Shown here: piece after piece, positions 57,268-64,000 of the stretch | Numbering within the stretch: position 1 is the stretch's first letter | Layout of the letters: every line of letters begins with the position of its first letter | Assembly: GCF_009914755.1 (NCBI RefSeq) | Contig: NC_060930.1 | Strand: one strand, 5' to 3' | Length of the DNA stretch: 64,000 nucleotides | Source of the DNA: the human T2T-CHM13v2.0 reference genome, Homo sapiens | The notes under the pieces: model-generated | The model's input: the letters and a program-made list of their open reading frames with translations, nothing else | The model's database searches: none | What the model was told of the DNA's origin: nothing | Position numbers and translations under genes: made by a program

Positions 57268-57553
57268 ACCCAGCTGCAGTGTGGGTAATCTCAATGCTTT
57301 GAGAGGGTGAGGCAGGAGGATTGCTTGAAGCCAGAAATTCAGACCAGCCCTGAGCAACATAGTGACACGCTGTTTCTACAAAAAAATTAAAAATTAGCCA
57401 GGCATGGTAGCGCATGCCTGTAGTTTCAGCTACTTGGGAGGCTGAGGCTGGAGAAGCACTTGAGCATGAGTTTGAGGTTACAGTGAGCTAATGATGGCAC
57501 CACTGCACTCCAGCCTGGACAGTGGAGTGAGATCTATCTCTTAAAAAAAAAAA
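57268..57553 (+). mobile_element. AluJ, diverged
   Basis: Sense Alu with poly-A. Confidence 0.88.
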
Positions 57554-57724
57554 ATCGCACACTTGCGCCTAAGCAGCTTGTACCCTCTTTTGAAACGAAA
57601 TTGTTGATAATGAAAAATGTTGATCAAGGAAAGCAGGTCAGGAAATGTTTAGGTTGACAATAATTGTGGTATTAAAATATAGCATGAAAATATTTCTGGT
57701 TGTCATTTTTATTTTTTTTTCCTC

Positions 57725-58206
57725 TTATTTTTTATTTATTTATTTATTTATTTATTTATTTTTTTATTATACTTTAAGTTTTAGGGTACATGTGCACATT
57801 GTGCAGGTTAGTTACATATGTATACATGTGCCATGCTGGTGCGCTGCACCCACTAACTCGTCATCTAGCATTAGGTATATCTCCCAATGCTATCCCTCCC
57901 CCCTCCCCCCACCCCACCACAGTCCCCAGAGTGTGATATTCCCCTTCCTGTGTCCATGTGATCTCATTGTTCAATTCCCACCTATGAGTGAGAATATGCC
58001 GTGTTTGGTTTTTTGTTCTTGTGATAGTTTACTGAGAATGATGATTTCCAATTTCATCCATGTCCCTACAAAGGACACGAACTCATCATTTTTTATGGCT
58101 GCATAGTATTCCATGGTGTATATGTGCCACATTTTCTTAATCCAGTCTATCATTGTTGGACATTTGGGTTGGTTCCAAGTCTTTGCTATTGTGAATAATG
58201 CCGCAA
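57725..58206 (-). mobile_element. Young 5'-truncated L1 (L1PA2-type) 3' end with (TTTA)n tail
   Basis: Near-consensus 3'UTR: ctaactcgtcatctagc reads GAG at the Ta-diagnostic site (not ACA/ACG), plus gcacattgtgcaggttagttac and ggtgcgctgcacc. Confidence 0.92.
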
Positions 58207-58479
58207 ATCTGTCAAGAAGCATATCTTTTACTCTGCTCCAGAGTGTACTGTAACATTATCCCAGAGTTTTGGCATTCTGATATAATCATATTTTGTCTGT
58301 AATTGGAAGACTATGTAGCTAAAATAACATTTTGCTTAGGAAGTTGAAATTCTAGAACAAGGATTTCATTTTTGTGTAGAGAAAGATTCATCACAGTGCA
58401 TATTCAGCCAGAATTTGCGTAATGAAATTCTACCTTATAGTAGAGAGAAATAATGGTTGTCCAATTGAATAAACAATTT

Positions 58480-58641
58480 TTCTTGTTTTTTTCTTTCTGA
58501 GACACAGTCTCACTTTGTCACCGAGGCTGAAGTGCAGTGGTGCAATCATGGCTCACCGCAGCTTTGTCCTCCAAGGCTAAAGTGACCCACCTGCCTCAGC
58601 TTCCCAAGTAGCTGGGACTACAGGCGCATGCCAGCACGCCT

Positions 58642-58672
<31 letters not shown>

Positions 58673-58791
58673 GTGGAGACACAGTCTCACTGTGTTTCTC
58701 AGGCTGGCCTCGAATTCCTGGACTCAAGCAATCCTCCCGCCTCAGTCTCCCAAAGTGTTGTTATTAGAAGCATGAGCCACTGTGCCTGGCC
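58480..58791 (-). mobile_element. AluJ
   Basis: Antisense Alu with a long central T run; caattttt on both flanks. Confidence 0.9.
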
Positions 58792-61659
58792 TCAATTTTT
58801 ATTTTAAATAAAATGTAAAACAAATGAGAATACAGAGTCAGTCTCTTCATTCCTGACCTTATCAATGAAAGACAATTTGGAGAATAAGTTTATGGCACAA
58901 AAAGCATGTTTCCCTTAACTTCATATATCATACTTTATTTTAGAAAAACACAAGTGTAAAAATAAAAGACGATTGAATCCAATTGCAGATTTTGGTGTCA
59001 AGAAGAACGGGTGCTATACTCGCCCTGTGAATTTAGTCTTAACTTCTCTACATTTCTGTGGCTATAGTAATAAACCTTCCTTCAAGGCGTGTTATAAAAT
59101 ATGGGGCATGTAAAAAGCTCAGTCAGTCTTTGGCTCATACTGTGTTCTTAAGAAGTGAACTTTTCTTATTAATATTAACTGTTTCCACATGTCTGGATGT
59201 GCTCGATTAAGATTCTGCTCGCTCCAGTGGTTCTATTCACCCATCTGTTTCATAATGCCTGTTCTAAGAGACTGTGCAGATTGACCCCGTCTTCCACCTT
59301 TCCACTCTCTAGCTAAAGGAAACAGCACATAGAACCTCAGGGGTATAGGCGCTTTTAATTTGAAGGAATTTGCAGAATCAATACATTAACCTGAAATAAA
59401 ACATTCAATAAACATTTTTTGTGGAGTTCTTCATGTTTGGTAAAAATACATATCTGTGTTTATATATTCCCAGGTTTGTATGGGTCCAATTTAATGAAGT
59501 GTCATGAGTTAAAACTGGGACAGTGAAAACTGAACATGCTTCTATAATGAAGCAACATAAATTATGTAAGACTACATAGCTTCCATTCTGCTTCTCTTTT
59601 GGGATAGGTTATGTCAGATCCAGGTATGAGGAAATTTTTTGGGTCAAAGATTTTACTTTCTTATTCTATCTCTGTTCCCTCTTGGAAAGTGATCTTTTTC
59701 TTGGAGTTCAGAAAATAAGTAATTGTCATTGTATTCAGGCATAAGAAAACAAGGGAACTTTTTTCATAGCTCAAGTCTTCTATCTTTATTTTAACAAAGC
59801 TTATTTTAAAGGAATAGTATACTTTAATAAATCCACAAAAGGGTAACTGCTGATTATTGGTGGATAATTGTGATCCTGAAAACTGAAATATACAGAAAAT
59901 TTTGACTTTTTAGCTTTTGGACTCATGGTGTTTCTCTCTCTATTTAAAAAAAAAATATCAACTACTCATCAGAGCTTCTAGAAAAGCCACAATAATTGGA
60001 AATTTGCTTTATTTGGGAAATGCCAATTTTAAGTTATATGACTGTAGTGTATGGTTTTTAATAATAATTGATATAGCCATCTACAAACTATTTGTTGACC
60101 ACAATACTTTCTGGGATAGAATTTGTGCACTCAATATTATTTCCAATTTAATATAAAACAAATTTGGAAGTTCATAGAAGTTAATTTTAGCATGGTAAGC
60201 TAATTTTAACATGTTGTAATTACCAAGCATAGCTGCAGCATTATTTTTACATAGAAAACACAATTTTTATCAATACTTCAACTAATGTTCTTTCTCCAGT
60301 TATCAGTGATACTCTTACATTTGTTTTTACCGTAGCTTCATCCTTCTACTTTCTGTGGAATAAGAGACCCTGTTGCCATTTAATTGATTTCTCTTGGAAA
60401 AAAAAATAATGATTCTCCCCCATTTTCAAAAGAACAAGTATACTTCAGCAGTTGTAGCAAGTTGTCTTTAGCATGAACTAAGCCGGGGAGTTCAGATTCA
60501 AATGAAATTTTGCATTTGCTCCTGGAAATGATCTTTCTTAAAAATAGTATCTCCTCACAGGATAATCACAAATAAACAATACATAATTTAAAAATAGCAG
60601 TAAAAATAGAAAACATGTATTTATTGCATGCTTACTGTGTTAGTGTCATTGTGTTAATTATTATATTTTCAAATGGAGACTCAATTAGTGCCTTTGTAAT
60701 TAAAACTATAGAACTCCTTTTATATTTGTTGGGATATTTTGTTTCAAATGTATTTGCCCCGTTATTAAAACTTAACAGAAGTATGCTCTGGATCTTTAAG
60801 AAACTCACGTATATTTGTAACGGTAACAGCATGTATGAAACAGTAGCACATCATAAACACAGAATACTATAAAGCACTAAAGTGTGTAGGCCAGATAGCA
60901 TATTCTGGATAGAAGAAATTGCAAAATGGGGTTTATTGTGAACCCTGAGAGTGGAATACATTAGGTTGAAAAATTTTAAGTCCCTGAAACGTAAGAAAAG
61001 TAGTTCCTTTTTTTAAAAAAACAAACAAACCCGTTTTTGCCCTTGACATAAGGAGAAAAGCTCTGAATTAAGACTGTAATGGATCTATTCCATTTTGGAG
61101 CATCTCTGGCATGTTTAGTTTAGCATTAGGTTACTCCTGGTCAGAAAGAGGTGAAATCACTTCAGCGGGTGGACTTGACCTGATTAAGCCAGGAAAAGCT
61201 TCCTAGAATTGGGATTGATTCCCCCAAGCCAGTCTTAGCCTCCATCCAAATCCCAGTGCTGAGTCGTATATAGTGATTTAGTTCAATGGTGTGGACTTCC
61301 AAAACGTCTTCTTTCTTTAAATAGAAGTCTTACCAAACTGTGTAAGTAAAATTCCACATGAATACATGTCCCAAATTGTAGTTGAATTATTCAATAGCTA
61401 CATTTTCCAGAATAGTTCATTTTATTATCTTTAGCTTTAAATCTTCTTCCTGAATAGGAAATGAAAATTGATAATGAGGAAAATGGGCATTTATAGGTGT
61501 TATTAATTAATTGCCTTGTAGGAGAACTATATATCCTTTCTAACACTTTAGTAGCATCCTTTGGTTTAAAATTAGGAAAAGCACTTGTTGAGATGTAGTT
61601 CTGAACCATTTTTTTAAAATGTTTCTCTTATAAAATATTGAAATGCCTGTTTTTCTTAG

Positions 61660-61739
61660 AGACCAGCATGCTGATGATGTCAAAGAAGACTTTGAAGAGA
61701 GAACAGAAAGTGAAATGAGAACATCACATGAAGCCAGAG
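61660..61739 (+). CDS. L3MBTL3: L3MBTL3 exon K (80 nt, phase 2/1), acidic linker: RDQHADDVKEDFEERTESEMRTSHEAR-G
   Basis: Acceptor ttcttag| and donor GAG|gtagcc. GAA-rich, continues the frame of exon J, and matches my recall of the L3MBTL3 linker. Confidence 0.9.
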
Positions 61740-61844
61740 GTAGCCATAATAATTCTCATATTACTAATGTGTATTACTGCTAATATGAAACAATCAAAGC
61801 CTTAACTGGAATACAACAGTCTCTTTTATGTTAAAAATGAATTT

Positions 61845-62206
61845 TATTTTTTATTTTTATTGTTTTATTTTAGGTTCAGGGATACATGTGAAGGTTTGTT
61901 ACATAGGTAAACTCGTGTCATGAGGGTTTGTTATACAGATTATTTCATCACCCACGAATTAAGCCCAGTACCTGATAGTTACCTTTTCTGATCCTCTGCC
62001 TCCTCCTGGCCTCCCCTGGCAAGTAGACTCCAGTGTCTGTCCTTTCCTTCTTCGTGTTTGTAGGTTCTCATCATTTAGCTCCCATGTGTAAGTGAGAGCA
62101 TGCAGTACTTTTTTTTCTGTTCCTGCATTAGTTTGCTGAGAGTAATAGCCTCCAGCTCCATCCATGTTCCCGCAGAAGACATGATCTCATTCTTTTTTAT
62201 GGCTGC
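61845..62206 (-). mobile_element. Older L1PA (PA15/16-like) 3' end, ~100 nt after exon K
   Basis: ggttcagggatacatgtgaaggtttgttacataggtaaactcgtgtca...cagattatttcatcaccca; degenerate TSD aaaaatgaatttta / aaagatgaacttta. Confidence 0.88.
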
Positions 62207-62558
62207 AAAAGATGAACTTTAAGTTTGGTTAACTTATTCTTTTTTGCAGGCAGCAAAAGTTTATTGTTTAGTATCAATATAGTATGTAATTTTTTATATG
62301 GATTCATTTATGGTCTGTATTAACAGTCTCACATATTGGTACAATATTGTACATAAAGTTTGGTAAGACATTCTCTTAGGACCTTGTCACACATTTTCTT
62401 TAGTATTGTTGATATCATTTGCTTCCTGTGTTTAAAACGCAATTCAGAATGTGTTTTGAAATCCAGATAGAATATTGTCTTAATCTAATATCACAAAATG
62501 AAAAAAAAAATTCCTTGAACAATGTTTTAAGTTGTATTGGAGGAAATAATTTGTCCTA

Positions 62559-62816
<258 letters not shown>

Positions 62817-63139
62817 TGGTTTAATTAAGCAATGAAGTTGTAATAACTGTTAGTCATAGTATAGATGGTATTTATAAATCAAATATAACAATAATTATTT
62901 ATTTTTTATAAGAAAATGTCAGTCTGATTATGATTTTGATTGTCCCTGGGGACTTTGCTTTTCATGTAAATAGTTTTGTTTAGATTACTATAAGATTTGA
63001 GAATGGCACCTGATGGCTGTTTGCTTGCAGTGACCTATTTCATAAGTGATGCTTTGATTTCCATATCTGATTTTCATAAAGCAACCATTTATGATTAATT
63101 TAAAAGTTATAGTCAGTGCTGTCTTCAGCACCCCTTATG

Positions 63140-63390
63140 GTGTTTATGTAGCACGGTGTACAAAGCCTATAAATGGTCAGAGTTGGAATCTCTGCTCTGC
63201 CACCTGCTGCTGTGTGATCTTAGACATGTCATCACATACCTCTGAGTGTTTCTGTTTCTTTATCTGTCTATCCAGGAGGATGATGATAGTATACCTCCCT
63301 CATAAGATTGTAATGAGGATGAAGTACAGTCACATTTGTAGCTTGCTTAGAACAGTGCCTGGCACATAGAAAGTGCTATGCAAGTATTCG
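63140..63390 (+). mobile_element. MIR (another MIR at ~63520-63700)
   Basis: ctctgccacctgctgctgtgtgatctt...gcttagaacagtgcctggcacatag. Confidence 0.8.
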
Positions 63391-64000
63391 ATTATTTAAA
63401 ATGTTTCTGATTATGGAAAAAGGCAGAAAAATATTTAATATATGAAGGTTTTGTTATCAGGGCTATTTTGAATTCTTAGACAAAAGCTTTGGCCTTTCTT
63501 TGTGAATGGTGGTTTATAAGAGGAGGTAAGAGCATGGCCTTCATTCAGGTCTCAGCTCTACTACTTCCTAGCTGTGCGGCTAGCTCTGGGCAAAGTACCT
63601 AACCTGTTTGTGCCTCAGTTTCGTCTTGTGTAAAATGGATGTAGTAATGGTATCTATATCATTGGATTATTGTGAGGATTAAATGCATCAGTGGCTGGAG
63701 TATTCACTCTTATTAATAGTAGTAGTATTGTGGAATAAGTGTCTATTGTATGGAATTACTTGATCATTAAAAGTTCAGATAGATTGATAATAAAATCTTC
63801 TAGGCTTTAAACTTGTTGAGGGAGTAATAATTTGATAACATATTTAGTTTCTCAGCGATCTTTTTAACTCAGTGTTTATTTAACTTTCCATTTTATTTGC
63901 TGGGCCAATTTTCATAATTTCTTTCTGAAAATTGTTTGCATAATGGAGAATTTCCAGTTTATTAACATACACTATGCATGGTATTCTCTTCTTTATTTGG

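Noticed and set aside
57645-58222. 153-aa and 83-aa ORFs (also 29921-30519 and 61959-62165)
   Set aside because: They are L1 3'UTR or ORF2-end translations.

Overview
This is mammalian (primate, almost certainly human-lineage) genomic DNA, not prokaryotic. The window is an internal part of the L3MBTL3 gene on the + strand. Eleven GT-AG coding exons (818-922, 7146-7281, 9123-9214, 11770-11921, 19352-19428, 24415-24500, 26935-27045, 33541-33655, 35061-35163, 45222-45371, 61660-61739; 1207 nt in total) splice into one stop-free frame. They encode most of the three MBT methyl-lysine reader repeats, a degenerate CCHHC (MYT1-like) zinc finger and the linker towards the SAM domain; the start and end of the gene lie outside the window. 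The introns contain about 16 Alu elements or fragments, L1 fragments of several ages, MIRs, L2s, DNA transposon fossils (MER82, Tigger3a, MER58A, MER5) and solo LTRs. The supplied ORF track is essentially spurious: Alu/L1 frames, chance ORFs and one exon read-through. I see no evidence of a new multi-gene system. The most unusual unexplained signals are a perfect 28-bp inverted repeat at 7582-7670, a 45-bp long-range inverted duplication next to a scrambled templated-insertion tract (45773-47053), several quasi-palindromes that look made by template switching, a twin-primed 5'-inverted L1, a young L1PA2-type element with no visible TSD, and a tailless Alu. Repeat subfamily names come from my recall of consensus sequences, and repeat boundaries are approximate.
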